Assembly: GCA_963663765.2 (NCBI GenBank)
Contig: CAXXUA010000005.1
Coordinates: 1,184,001-1,248,000 of the forward strand
Length of the DNA: 64,000 nt
Reading direction: 5' to 3'
Source: Candidatus Poribacteria bacterium
GTDB taxonomy: Bacteria; Poribacteria; WGA-4E; WGA-3G
Positions 1-9,958 of this stretch are shown here, piece by piece. Numbering within the stretch: position 1 is the first letter of the stretch; every line of letters starts with the position of its first letter. The position numbers were made by a program, and so were the translations under genes. Under the pieces are notes generated by a model that saw only the letters and a program-made list of their open reading frames with translations, searched no databases and had not been told where the DNA came from.

Positions 1-175
1 ACAGCATCGCGTGTCCGGTAAATCGGGGTTAGAAACCCCTCCTACAATTTATGAGATAGGTTGTAGATACATCTGCACATTTTATAGTAGATTCTGATAT
101 AAATTACAAACTTAACGAGTTTGAGCAACCTTCGGTCGCGAAATTCACCATAGTTATTGAATTTTATTCCTTAGA

Positions 176-511
176 TTATGTAAAAGCATTACGTGCAGCT
201 TCCTCAGAATCATATACTTCTAAAATAGATGTTAGTCTTGTAACTTCCAAAATATTACAAACGGCTTTCTGTGGATTCAATAGTACTAATTTCCCACCAG
301 ATCTTTGTACTACTTGAAAAGCCATTATGATGACACCGAGTGCAGTACTGTCAAGGAGTGGGACGTTCTTTAAATCAATAATCAGTTTGTTATTTCCATT
401 TTGCAGTTGCTGTTCAATTTCTTTATGAAATTGTGCTACTGTGTTACCAATTATCTTGCCTTGAACGTGGACAAATACGGTATCCTCCGCCTCCAATATA
501 ATATCAAACAT
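176..511 (-). CDS. STAS-domain anti-sigma factor antagonist
   Basis: 111 aa with IIDLKNVPLLDSTALGVI (phosphorylatable DS motif) and GGKLVLLNP, typical of SpoIIAA/RsbV. Confidence 0.9.
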   Translation of the reverse strand: MFDIILEAEDTVFVHVQGKIIGNTVAQFHKEIEQQLQNGNNKLIIDLKNVPLLDSTALGVIIMAFQVVQRSGGKLVLLNPQKAVCNILEVTRLTSILEVYDSEEAARNAFT

Positions 512-610
512 TTTATATTACTCCTTCACATTATAACTGCTATTGATTAATTCTAAGAAAAAGTAAATTGTATTTTTGAACGATCACTGTGTATATTAAG
601 TTTAGAAACA

Positions 611-1270
611 TTAATTATTTACTTTTCGTAAAGCTACAAAACTACGATCAAGTTTTTCAATTCCACCTGCATAAATACGTTCAATTTCTGCTCCAAATGT
701 ATTCAATGTTTTTCTACTATGTTCTATCTCTGTCTCTATGTTACTGGATTTGTAAGCAATCCATCGACCCGTTGGATTAAGCAAAGGCAAACAATATGCA
801 ACTGAATCCTTTAAAGAAGCGACATATCTGGTTAAGACCCAATCATAGGTGTTAATATTTTCCTTATCGGCTGCACAACTCTCAGCACGTTTTACCAAGA
901 TATTTGGAGAAGAATCAAATGCTAATTGTGAAACAGCATATTTTAGGAATGCAACTTTTTTTTGAGAGACCTCTACAAGCGTTAGAATGATTCTTGGATT
1001 GTATATCTTTAGAACTAAACCTGGAAAACCTGCCCCTGTACCAATGTCTATTATTTTTTGTCCTGATTCTATCTTAAAATGTTCAAGTACACTAATAGAA
1101 TCAAGGAAATGTTTATATATTATCTCGTCGTCATCGTGCAGGGAAGTTAGGTTCATGTGAGAATTCCACCGTTTCAATTCAGACCAATACAGAGTAAGTT
1201 GTTCTAATTGTTCAGTTATAAGTGGAAATCCATGACGGTTGAAAACTGCTTTTAATTTTTCGCGGAACAT
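611..1270 (-). CDS. rsmG: 16S rRNA m7G527 methyltransferase
   Basis: WNxxMNLT, HFLDS and DIGTGAGFPG motifs; directly downstream of mnmG. Confidence 0.95.
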   Translation of the reverse strand: MFREKLKAVFNRHGFPLITEQLEQLTLYWSELKRWNSHMNLTSLHDDDEIIYKHFLDSISVLEHFKIESGQKIIDIGTGAGFPGLVLKIYNPRIILTLVEVSQKKVAFLKYAVSQLAFDSSPNILVKRAESCAADKENINTYDWVLTRYVASLKDSVAYCLPLLNPTGRWIAYKSSNIETEIEHSRKTLNTFGAEIERIYAGGIEKLDRSFVALRKVNN

Positions 1271-1280
1271 TGCTATCTAA

Positions 1281-3164
1281 CTAATGTTTATATTGATGTA
1301 GTATTACCATTAGTATTGAGATGTCTGCTGGAGACACCCCGGGCAGCCGTGATGCTTGTCCAATGGATGCGGGTCGAATTTTTTCAAGTTTTTCACGTGC
1401 TTCCGTCTTTAATCCATGCACATCAATATAGTTAAATGTCTCAGGAATTCTTAGATTTTCTAATTTTTTAAATTGATGAATTTGCCGTTGCTGTCTTTGA
1501 ATATATCCATCATACTTTATTTGTATTTCAACTTGTTCTTTCACAGGATCAGGCAGGTCCTCATCTGGCGGAGAAAGGCATGCAATATGCTCATAGCTAA
1601 GTTCGGGTCGTTTTAGTAGGTCTGACAATAAAGTTGGTTGTTTGAGTTTTCCTGTTTCAGCAATTTTGGCAAGTCTATCAACAGTTCCTATATTTGGTGT
1701 CAATCGTGTTTCATCTAATCTTTTCAGTTCTTTCTGAATATATGTAGACTTCTGCTGGTATCTTTCATAAGTTTCATCATCAATGAGTCCAATCTTTCTT
1801 CCAATCTCAGTGAGACGTAGATCGGCATTGTCTTCTCTTAGTGCCAACCGATATTCTGCCCGAGAAGTAAACATTCGGTAAGGTTCACGGATGTCTAAAG
1901 TAACCAAGTCGTCAATGAGAACTGCGATATATGCTTGTGATCGATCAAGTATTAGGGATTCTTGACTTTTCACACTTAAAGCAGCATTAATTCCTGCAAT
2001 TAGTCCTTGTGCTGCGGCTTCTTCATATCCTGTCGTTCCGTTGAGTTGTCCAGCAAAATAGAGGCAAGGTACTGCTTTCGTTTCAAGAGTAGGTAGAAGT
2101 TGAGTTGCAGGTGCAAAATCATACTCAACTGCATAACCAAACCGCATAATCTCAGCGTTTTCTAATCCACAGATGCTATGTACCATATCTACTTGCACAT
2201 CTTCGGGTAGACTGGCAGAGATGCCGTTAAGGTAAATCTCTTCGGTATCCATACCTTCTGGTTCTACAAAAACTTGGTGTTCTTTTTTATCTGCAAAACG
2301 GACGACTTTGTCCTCAATAGAAGGACAATAACGCGGTCCGATGCCAACAATGCGACCACTGTACATCGCGGAACGGTGAAGATTATCTTTTATTATGTGA
2401 TGCGTTTTTTCGTTTGTGTAGGTAAGATAGCACGGCACTTGTGGTTGTGTAATTCTTTCAGTTGAAAAAGAGAAGGGAAGTGGGTTATCATCACCCGGTT
2501 GGATTTCCATTTGTGTTATGTCAATAGTGTGTGCATTGACACGCGGTGGTGTACCAGTTTTTAGTCTACCAATTTCAAATCCGAGGTTTAGAAAACTTTC
2601 AGAAAGTTTCTCGGCGGCAGATTCACCTGCTCTACCAGCACTATAGGATACATCACCGATATGTACTATACCTCTTAAAAAAGTGCCAGTCGTGAGGATG
2701 ACACTTTCTCCATAATATGCCGTTTGTGTTTGGCTTTTTATTCCAACACATTGTCCATTCTCGGTTAGTAATTCTTCAACCATAACTTGCTTGATGTCAA
2801 GTTTTTCTTGTTTCTCTAACACACGTTTCATTTCATCTTGGTATGCTTTTTTATCTGCTTGTGCGCGACTAGAACGTACTGCTGGTCCCTTTTTTGTGTT
2901 TAATCGGCGGAATTGGATACCTGTCTTGTCAATGTTCTTTGCCATTTCACCACCAAGTGCATCTATCTCTTTGACCAAATGTCCTTTTGCCAACCCACCT
3001 ATAGCAGGATTGCAAGACATTTTCGCTATAGTGTCCAAGTTGATGGTGACGATGAGCGTTTCACATCCCATGCGTGCAGCAGCAAGAGCTGCTTCACATC
3101 CTGCATGGCCTGCACCGACTACTATGACATCGTAATGCTTGTGATACTTATTCATGACGTTCAC
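1281..3164 (-). CDS. mnmG: tRNA U34 carboxymethylaminomethyl modification enzyme (start may be ATG at 3155)
   Basis: GAGHAGCEAA, MSCNPAIGG, GPRYCPSIEDK and AGQLNGTTGYEEAAAQG motifs. Confidence 0.98.
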   Translation of the reverse strand: MNVMNKYHKHYDVIVVGAGHAGCEAALAAARMGCETLIVTINLDTIAKMSCNPAIGGLAKGHLVKEIDALGGEMAKNIDKTGIQFRRLNTKKGPAVRSSRAQADKKAYQDEMKRVLEKQEKLDIKQVMVEELLTENGQCVGIKSQTQTAYYGESVILTTGTFLRGIVHIGDVSYSAGRAGESAAEKLSESFLNLGFEIGRLKTGTPPRVNAHTIDITQMEIQPGDDNPLPFSFSTERITQPQVPCYLTYTNEKTHHIIKDNLHRSAMYSGRIVGIGPRYCPSIEDKVVRFADKKEHQVFVEPEGMDTEEIYLNGISASLPEDVQVDMVHSICGLENAEIMRFGYAVEYDFAPATQLLPTLETKAVPCLYFAGQLNGTTGYEEAAAQGLIAGINAALSVKSQESLILDRSQAYIAVLIDDLVTLDIREPYRMFTSRAEYRLALREDNADLRLTEIGRKIGLIDDETYERYQQKSTYIQKELKRLDETRLTPNIGTVDRLAKIAETGKLKQPTLLSDLLKRPELSYEHIACLSPPDEDLPDPVKEQVEIQIKYDGYIQRQQRQIHQFKKLENLRIPETFNYIDVHGLKTEAREKLEKIRPASIGQASRLPGVSPADISILMVILHQYKH

Positions 3165-3196
3165 ACATTTCTCTCAGTTGAAATTAATAGCAACAA

Positions 3197-4156
3197 CTAT
3201 AATCCTTCGTAAATGATGTTGAGGACGAGTTTACCTACAATTTCTAAACTCTTAGGACTACATTTATCTACTGTATCCTCAAGAGTATGCCAGTAAGGAT
3301 AATCAAAGTCAATGATATTCACCATAGGTATCCCTGCTTTGATCAGAGGAACATGGTCATCCAAGATTGCCAGACCTAATTTATGTTGAAAAGGGGCTAA
3401 TCCGAGTTTCTCTGCCCGTTTCCAGATAGCAGACGCATAATCTGGGTTTGCATTCCAAGAGTATCTTTCAATAGGTATTTGTAAATCCTTGTCACCTATC
3501 ATATCCAAGAGTATACCGTAGTTAGGTTTCCATTTTCCCATATTCTTTGCGAAAAACTTTGAACCAAGAAACATCTGATCAACTGTTTTGCCATAATCCT
3601 CACCATCAAACAGTATTACAACAATACGGCGGGGTGGTGGCGTCTCCTTTAAGATACGCGCAATTTCAAGCAAGACTGCTACACCTGAAGCACCGTCATT
3701 CGCTCCTACTATTGGTTGTCGTTGATTATCCACATCTGCGTCTTTGTCAGCACACGGACGTGTATCCCAATGTGCAGCGAGCAGCAGTGTTTCCTTATGC
3801 ACATTGCCAAATTCAGCTATTATATTGTTCATTTTTAGTGTTTTTTTCTTGGGAGGATCGTCAATCGTATCAACTTCAGCGGTAAAGGGTTGGAGTTTTA
3901 CTGAAGTTGAATACTTTTTGAATTCTGCGAAAAGATAATCTTTGGTTTTCACGTGTGCGTCTGAACCAGGGGGACGCGGACCAAATTCGCACTGTTTTTT
4001 CAAATGTTCAAATGCACGGTTTGCATCAAATTCCAGTGGTGTTTGCTTTGAAGGTTTGTTCGTTTGTTCAGCATTAGTTAATGTCGTAATTCCACAACAT
4101 AAACTAAAAATTAGAAACGATATTGGCAGGATTTTTACAGTCAGCACATTTTTCAT
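3197..4156 (-). CDS. M28 family peptidase / glutaminyl-cyclase-like secreted protein
   Basis: Signal peptide; AHWDTR, GANDGASGVA, FDGED, LDMIG, DDHVP and YWHT zinc-ligand motifs. Confidence 0.88.
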   Translation of the reverse strand: MKNVLTVKILPISFLIFSLCCGITTLTNAEQTNKPSKQTPLEFDANRAFEHLKKQCEFGPRPPGSDAHVKTKDYLFAEFKKYSTSVKLQPFTAEVDTIDDPPKKKTLKMNNIIAEFGNVHKETLLLAAHWDTRPCADKDADVDNQRQPIVGANDGASGVAVLLEIARILKETPPPRRIVVILFDGEDYGKTVDQMFLGSKFFAKNMGKWKPNYGILLDMIGDKDLQIPIERYSWNANPDYASAIWKRAEKLGLAPFQHKLGLAILDDHVPLIKAGIPMVNIIDFDYPYWHTLEDTVDKCSPKSLEIVGKLVLNIIYEGL

Positions 4157-4181
4157 TTTGCTTATTTCCTATAAGATATGC

Positions 4182-4781
4182 CTACATTGCCCGTCTACCT
4201 TCCAAAGCCTTCGCAAGTGTTACTTCATCAATATACTCTAAATCTCCTCCAACAGGAATACCGTAAGCGATTCGTGTTACATTGACCTGAAATTTTTCAA
4301 GCTGCTGCGTTAGGAATAGTGCTGTTGCTTGTCCTTCTGTATCCCAATTTGTAGCGAGAATTACCTCTTTGACAGAACCATTGTGTACTCGCTCAAAGAG
4401 AGATTCCATCCGTAGCGAATCTGGACCAACTCCATCTAATGGTGACAGTACACCACCAAGGACATGATATAAACCTTTATGGATTTCTGTGCGCTCAATT
4501 GCCCACAGGTCGTCAGGTTGTTCAACAACACAGATGATCTGTGTGTCACGCCTTGGATTTGAACATATCTGACACGGGTTAATATCTGTAATAGTACCAC
4601 ATATCCTGCAATCTGACAAGTTTTTTTTAACTTCCAGAATCGCTTCTGCAATCTGGTTGGTCTCTATATCCGGTAAAGTCAACATAAAAAAAGCTAAACG
4701 TTGTGCGGTTTTAGGACCAACAGTGGGAAGTTTTTGGAGCTGCATAATCAAACGCTCCAAAGGTACTGGATAACCTTTCAT
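4182..4781 (-). CDS. recR: Recombination mediator RecR
   Basis: LPTVGPKTAQRL HhH, C4 zinc finger and TOPRIM; probable start ATG at 4781. Confidence 0.96.
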   Translation of the reverse strand: MKGYPVPLERLIMQLQKLPTVGPKTAQRLAFFMLTLPDIETNQIAEAILEVKKNLSDCRICGTITDINPCQICSNPRRDTQIICVVEQPDDLWAIERTEIHKGLYHVLGGVLSPLDGVGPDSLRMESLFERVHNGSVKEVILATNWDTEGQATALFLTQQLEKFQVNVTRIAYGIPVGGDLEYIDEVTLAKALEGRRAM

Positions 4782-4794
4782 GTTTTGCCTACTT

Positions 4795-5103
4795 CTACGG
4801 TAGTCCTGGTATCTTAAAACCACCAGTGAGTTTGCTCATCTCATCAGACATCAATTCTTGTGATTCTTGCAGTGCTTGATTTACAGCCGCCACGACTAAA
4901 TCTTCAAGCATTTCAGTGTCGTCTGGATCTACAACTTCGGGGACAATGCGAAGTGAAACGAGTTCTTGTTGTCCATTAACAACAGCAGTAACCATACCAC
5001 CACCGACTGTTGCTTCTACAGTCTGGTTGGCAAGTTCTTCCCGAATTTCCAGCATACGTTTTTGCATCTGCTGTGCCTGTTTCATCAAGTCATTCATTTT
5101 CAT
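4795..5103 (-). CDS. ybaB: YbaB/EbfC nucleoid-associated protein
   Basis: MKQAQQMQ...GGGMV...LEDLVVAAVN; dnaX-ybaB-recR synteny. Confidence 0.95.
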   Translation of the reverse strand: MKMNDLMKQAQQMQKRMLEIREELANQTVEATVGGGMVTAVVNGQQELVSLRIVPEVVDPDDTEMLEDLVVAAVNQALQESQELMSDEMSKLTGGFKIPGLP

Positions 5104-5177
5104 AATAACAAAACGTTCCAGAACTCAATAGAGAACTGGATATCTCCTTAAATTATACAAAGTTAAGCGTTGTTTGA

Positions 5178-6950
5178 CTAAATATTAGTTTCTAAAATTC
5201 TCGCATCAAATTCGTCAAGTACAGATCGTATCTCTTTGTCTTCCTCCGCTTGACGTTTGCGCATGAGGGGTGTTGTAGCTTCTTCTACCTCGGGTGTTTC
5301 AGTAATAATGTCTGGTTGTGTGCTTTCTACTGATATCATATATTCAATATTAAAATGTTTTTTTGTCTTCTCTGTAAATTGTCGTTTGACGTATTGTTTT
5401 ACTTCTTCATCCACTAAAGAAAAACTTCCCTGTGAACATGTGATTTTAATCTGATCTTTCCCCTCTAACGTTGCGATAGCTCCTACAAAAGCACCTAAAG
5501 CAAGATAACGTGGTAGACTTGTTTTTACTTGTTCCCATATCTCTGTAATGTTTTCTGAGTTCAGTTCTATCGGGGATTGATCTTGTTCAACAGTTGTTTC
5601 TGAGATGTCGGTTTCTCGTTCAGCTGGAATAGATGATTCAGATGCAGATTCTGACTCTTGTGGTTCAGGTAAGTTACTCAAGTCTTCAATGGGTGGTCTT
5701 ACTTCAATTGGGGGTATTTTAGGAGAATTTGGAATGGCATCCCGTGAAGTAACTTGAGATACTTCATTTGAACTACCAATCTTCTGCTCAATAGCAATCA
5801 ATTTGTTGAGAAGTTCATGTAGTTCAATTGAATCATGAATGGAATGAATTTGTATCAATGCACTTTCAAGTTGTAATTGAGCAAAACCGTATTCTTTGAT
5901 TTCTCGGTTTGCATGCATCAGGATCTTAATGATACGTGTCAATCGTTCAACTGAGACTTTTTCAGCTTTTGCTTTTAGAGCGGCGATTTCAGACTTTGGA
6001 CTCTGGATGTGATCATCAAGTTGGTTATCAATAGCAAGGATGCGCAGATCACGAAAATATGCAATAAGTTGTTGAAGACATTTCGTTATATCCATTCCTT
6101 GAATGGATAGTTGATTCAACGTTGAAAGTCCTTCGGTTAAGTTGCGATCTGTTATTGCCTCCGTAAGGCGATTAAGCAGTGAACTTGAACCAAGACCGAG
6201 TGTCTCCTCTACATTTTCAAGGGTTAACTGATTTCCCGCTGATGTGACCAAACGTTCAAGAAGGTTTTCTGCATCACGAAGACACCCCTCTGATTGACGT
6301 GTAATCAGCGGCAATACGTCACTATCCAAAGTAATATCTTCGTCGTCAGCTATTAGCTGCAGACGTGATATGATTTGTTCAGGAGTGAGATGGCGAAAAT
6401 CAAAGTCTTGACATCGGGAGATGATCGTTTTTGGAATCTGTGAGTGTTCTGTTGTCGCCATGATGAAGATGACATGATGTGGCGGTTCTTCAAGTGTTTT
6501 AAGTAGTGCGTTAAATCCCTCTGTTGTGAGCATGTGCACTTCATCAATAATATAGATTTTGTATCTATAAGCTGCAGGTGAAAGTTTTACGTTCTCGCGA
6601 AGGTCACGAATAGTATCAATTCCACGATTTGAGGCAGCATCCATCTCTATAACATCAAACGATGAACCTTGTGTAATCGTCTGACAAGCATCACATTTGT
6701 TGCATGGTTCTCCACTTTTTACAGGTCCTAAGTCTGTTTCTTCTGTGGAATTAAGGCAGTTCACTGCTTTTGCAAATAGGCGCGCGACCGTTGTTTTTCC
6801 TGTACCCCTTGGTCCCCAAAAAAGGTATGCATGGCCAAGACGTTCTGATCGAATTTGGTTCTGTAACGTAGCAGTCACATGTTCCTGTCCTACAACATCT
6901 TGAAAATACTGAGGGCGCCATTTCTGCGCAAAAACTTCATAAGACATCAA
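5178..6950 (-). CDS. dnaX: DNA polymerase III subunit gamma/tau
   Basis: KWRPQ, GPRGTGKTT, DAASNRG, IIDEVHML, LLKTLEEPP and SRC motifs. Confidence 0.97.
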   Translation of the reverse strand: MMSYEVFAQKWRPQYFQDVVGQEHVTATLQNQIRSERLGHAYLFWGPRGTGKTTVARLFAKAVNCLNSTEETDLGPVKSGEPCNKCDACQTITQGSSFDVIEMDAASNRGIDTIRDLRENVKLSPAAYRYKIYIIDEVHMLTTEGFNALLKTLEEPPHHVIFIMATTEHSQIPKTIISRCQDFDFRHLTPEQIISRLQLIADDEDITLDSDVLPLITRQSEGCLRDAENLLERLVTSAGNQLTLENVEETLGLGSSSLLNRLTEAITDRNLTEGLSTLNQLSIQGMDITKCLQQLIAYFRDLRILAIDNQLDDHIQSPKSEIAALKAKAEKVSVERLTRIIKILMHANREIKEYGFAQLQLESALIQIHSIHDSIELHELLNKLIAIEQKIGSSNEVSQVTSRDAIPNSPKIPPIEVRPPIEDLSNLPEPQESESASESSIPAERETDISETTVEQDQSPIELNSENITEIWEQVKTSLPRYLALGAFVGAIATLEGKDQIKITCSQGSFSLVDEEVKQYVKRQFTEKTKKHFNIEYMISVESTQPDIITETPEVEEATTPLMRKRQAEEDKEIRSVLDEFDARILETNI

Positions 6951-7070
6951 TACTTCCTTAGACAGGTTAATATGTTTACTCGTAACATCTAATAGAAAAG
7001 AATATATTACAGAAATAAGATTACAAGTAACACAGACTTACTTGCGCAACTCAATAATAGAATACAGAAT

Positions 7071-7287
7071 CTACGACTTGTGCTAGTTATCTGATAGTTT
7101 TGTTGGTTTTAACAAGTGCCAATATTCTGTAGGAGCGATCTCCGAATCGCGATCTATTATTGTCGGGAATCGGAGTTCCATCCTACATTTTAGACTGACA
7201 TCCGCCTGAAATTAACGGAATTTAAACATAAATGTGACGGATATGTGAAATATAGACATACTAAATGTTAACTAGCACAAGTCGTAG
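7071..7287. mobile_element. MITE with 19-bp perfect TIRs enclosing a REP-like hairpin
   Basis: CTACGACTTGTGCTAGTTA (7071) / TAACTAGCACAAGTCGTAG (7287); AGAATCTA on both flanks, so the exact end and TSD length are ambiguous; internal GTAGG...CCTAC hairpin 7128-7187. Confidence 0.75.
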
Positions 7288-7320
7288 AATCTATAATTAT
7301 CTACTCAATAGAAAAAATAT

Positions 7321-7590
7321 GGCTATGCACCCAGCGTTGACAAGTATTTCCGGGCGTTTCCCATGTCGTTAACTCAAACCAGGCTACCTTGCGTCACACG
7401 AGAAGACTTATCTGCCGCTGCTTCCTTCCAGACCTGACGGAGTTCAACAAGTTCTCGTTGCTCAAGACCCAATTCTCAACGTTACGTGCATGGGACAGTC
7501 CCCACAAAGACAGGCCGCATTCTGGGAATTCCGTTCTGCTATAGCGGATTGCAGATACAGGGCACCGCTACCTCCCCACCTAGCATAGCC
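7321..7590 (-). ncRNA. ffs: Large (Bacillus-type, Alu-domain-containing) SRP RNA
   Basis: Minus strand begins GGCTATGCTAGGTGGGGAGGTAGCGGTGCCCTGT..., contains helix-8 TCAGGTCTGGAAGGAAGCAGC, has complementary 5'/3' ends, and lies upstream of dnaX. Confidence 0.92.
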
Positions 7591-7676
7591 AAGATGTAAA
7601 ATTATTCTTCGGATATACAGAATACCGGTAGGACCTAAATACATGGTATTTTACAACCGATATTACACAATAATAC

Positions 7677-7768
7677 TGGCGGAGAGAGTGGGATTCGAAC
7701 CCACGGTACTGCAAAACAGCACACATGATTTCCAGTCATGCCAGTTCAACCAACTCCTGCATCTCTCC
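7677..7768 (-). tRNA. tRNA-Ser(GGA)
   Basis: Cloverleaf with CATGA-CT-GGA-AA-TCATG anticodon arm, long variable arm, encoded CCA. Confidence 0.95.
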
Positions 7769-7783
7769 GAAAAGTGCTTATTA

Positions 7784-7856
7784 TGGAGCAGACGGGATTT
7801 GAACCCGTGACCTCATCCGTGCGAGGGATGCGCTCTCCCAACTGAGCTACTGCCCC
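7784..7856 (-). tRNA. tRNA-Ala(CGC)
   Basis: GGGGCAG/CTGCTCC acceptor stem with G3:U70; CATCC-CT-CGC-AC-GGATG anticodon arm. Confidence 0.95.
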
Positions 7857-7887
7857 AAAATCTTGGTATATTCAAAAGAAAATCTGA

Positions 7888-7972
7888 CGGAGAGAGTGGG
7901 ATTCGAACCCACGGTGACTTGCGCCACAACAGTTTTCGAGACTGTCCAGTTCAACCGCTCCTGCATCTCTCC
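7888..7972 (-). tRNA. tRNA-Ser(CGA)
   Basis: ACAGT-CT-CGA-AA-ACTGT anticodon arm, long variable arm. Confidence 0.95.
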
Positions 7973-8023
7973 TAATGAAAATATCAACTGGAATCTTCAT
8001 TATAATTATGTTATTCTTCAATT

Positions 8024-8515
8024 TTAACGAAGACTTCTAAAATATGCTTTCAATAGTGCACTACTATCCTCAGCACACACACCACTAACCAATTCAACTT
8101 GATGATTCAAACGTTCATCTTGAACAATATTATAGAGTGAACCTGCTGCACCAGCTTTCGGATCAGTCGCTGCATAAACAACCTTTGGTATTCGAGCAAG
8201 CACTATCGTTCCCGCACACATAGCACAAGGTTCCAGCGTAACATATAAAGTTGTGTTTGTTAATCGCCAATTCCCTACAGTGTGCGCTGCTGCCTGTATC
8301 ACAAGCATTTCAGCATGTGCAATCGGATTACCTGAAAGTTCTCTACAATTGTGAGCACCAGCCAAACATTCGTCACCTTTAACAAGAACCGCACCAACAG
8401 GAACTTCTCCTTTATCACTTGCTTCTCTAGCAAAATTAAGCGCCTGCTCCATCCAGTACATATCATTATCAGAGAATTGACCGACAGGATAAACGTTTGA
8501 CACTGTTTTATTCAA
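8024..8515 (-). CDS. tadA: tRNA adenosine(34) deaminase
   Basis: GEVPVGAV, HAE and TLEPCAMC motifs; adjacent to tRNA-Arg(ACG). Confidence 0.95.
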   Translation of the reverse strand: MNKTVSNVYPVGQFSDNDMYWMEQALNFAREASDKGEVPVGAVLVKGDECLAGAHNCRELSGNPIAHAEMLVIQAAAHTVGNWRLTNTTLYVTLEPCAMCAGTIVLARIPKVVYAATDPKAGAAGSLYNIVQDERLNHQVELVSGVCAEDSSALLKAYFRSLR

Positions 8516-8544
8516 ATGAAACTCAGGTAATGAAAAACCAAAAA

Positions 8545-8618
8545 AGCGCCTGAGAGGATTCGAACCCCCGGCCTTCTGATCCGTAGTCAGATGCTCTAAT
8601 CCACTGAGCTACAGGCGC
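8545..8618 (-). tRNA. tRNA-Arg(ACG)
   Basis: GCGCCTG/CAGGCGC acceptor stem; TCTGA-CT-ACG-GA-TCAGA anticodon arm; CCA not encoded. Confidence 0.95.
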
Positions 8619-8794
8619 ATCATTTATAACTTATCTCATAATGGTAGGAAGGGATTCTAACCCTGATTTACCAGACACACGTTCCTGTGAAATTGAACAA
8701 AATCGCATTTGTGAGATATGCTGTACAGAATATTGTTATTGATAGTGAAATATACACTATCCAATCTTTTACACAATACAGAAAAATACAAAAA

Positions 8795-8879
8795 CGGAGA
8801 GGGTGGGATTCGAACCCACGATGACTTGCGCCATAACTGCTTAGCAGGCAGTCCAGTTCAACCACTCCTGCACCTCTCC
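8795..8879 (-). tRNA. tRNA-Ser(GCT)
   Basis: ACTGC-CT-GCT-AA-GCAGT anticodon arm, long variable arm. Confidence 0.95.
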
Positions 8880-8886
8880 AAGATAA

Positions 8887-8974
8887 TGGCGGTGGGAGTA
8901 GGATTCGAACCCACGGTGACTTGCGCCACAACGGTTTTCAAGACCGCCGCTTTCGTCCACTCAGCCATCCCACC
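8887..8974 (-). tRNA. tRNA-Ser(TGA)
   Basis: GCGGT-CT-TGA-AA-ACCGT anticodon arm, long variable arm, encoded CCA. Confidence 0.95.
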
Positions 8975-9176
8975 AATTTCATAAAGAACCGACTTTAATT
9001 ATATCATATTATTCATCACATTGTCAAGAGAATTGTAGTGTGTGTAAAATTTTTGTCATAGTGTTATCTGAATTGTTGGATTTCTCAGCATCACCAAATC
9101 TGCGGTATGATGTATGAGAAAATGCGTAAGTCCTGTTTATCATGGGAGTTTATACAAATAATTCTACATTCTGCGT

Positions 9177-9240
9177 TGTAAGAGCGACCTTGTGGTCGTG
9201 ACCGATTAGTATTTATCACGACCACAAGGTCGCTCTTACA
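9177..9240. repeat. REP/REPIN-like inverted repeat with 25-bp perfect arms
   Basis: TGTAAGAGCGACCTTGTGGTCGTGA-N14-TCACGACCACAAGGTCGCTCTTACA; related to copies at 7128, 15412, 19960 and 42356. Confidence 0.8.
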
Positions 9241-9500
9241 GAAGAAGTGTATAATCATTTCAATAATTCACCGTATATTTATTAGAAATGGAATAAGATA
9301 GGATGTACAGAGTTAAACTGTTACAATGCGACTATTTAATACTCAGACATATAATATACAATACCTTCGCCAATAATACAGGGTTATTTAGTTTTAAGAG
9401 TTTTCTGTTATTGAGATTTACTGAAAGTTAATACCCAGGTTCGGTTTCCTAACCGAACTTTCTGCATCAGTTTTAGATTATTGAAAAATGAACATCGCTC

Positions 9501-9958
9501 TTTAGTCCCGTAGGGACGATATGTTTATAGAAAACGAATACCATCCACAGTTCTTTAGTCCCGTAGGGACGATATGTTTATAGAAAACGAATACCATCCA
9601 CAGTTCTTTAGTCCCGTAGGGACGATATGTTTATAGAAAACGAATACCATCCACAGTTCTTTAGTGGTTGACTCGCTAAGTTTTTGTATTTTGAATTCAC
9701 TAAATCCACCCCCTTTATCCCCCGCAAGCGAGAGGAAGGGACTATTGGGTTTATTCCGTCCGTTCTCTACATGATAAATGTTTAGCGAGTGAACCATTTA
9801 GTCCCGTAGGGACGATATGTTTATAGAAAACGAATACCATCCACAGTTCTTTAGTCCCGTAGGGACGATATGTTTATTCTTCTATGTCGTTCCTACGGAA
9901 CTCAATTGGGGTGGAAAACATTTTCTATAAACATATCGTCCCTACGGGACTAAAGAAC
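9501..9958. repeat. 53-bp tandem REP-like array followed by inverted copies
   Basis: Identical unit TTTAGTCCCGTAGGGACGATATGTTTATAGAAAACGAATACCATCCACAGTTC at 9501, 9554, 9607 and 9797, partial unit at 9850, inverted copies near 9882 and 9921-9958. Confidence 0.9.
9665..9796. mobile_element. 132-bp MITE inserted into the 53-bp array
   Basis: TIRs TGGTTGACTCGCTAA / TTAGCGAGTGAACCA (14/15); 5-bp duplication TTTAG at 9660-9664 and 9797-9801. Confidence 0.85.

Noticed and set aside
8668-8984. ORFs 8668-8931, 8718-8984 and 7462-7644
   Set aside because: They overlap tRNA or SRP RNA genes.
9501-9876. CRISPR array
   Set aside because: Units are identical over the full 53 bp with no unique spacers; inverted copies are present and there are no cas genes in the window.
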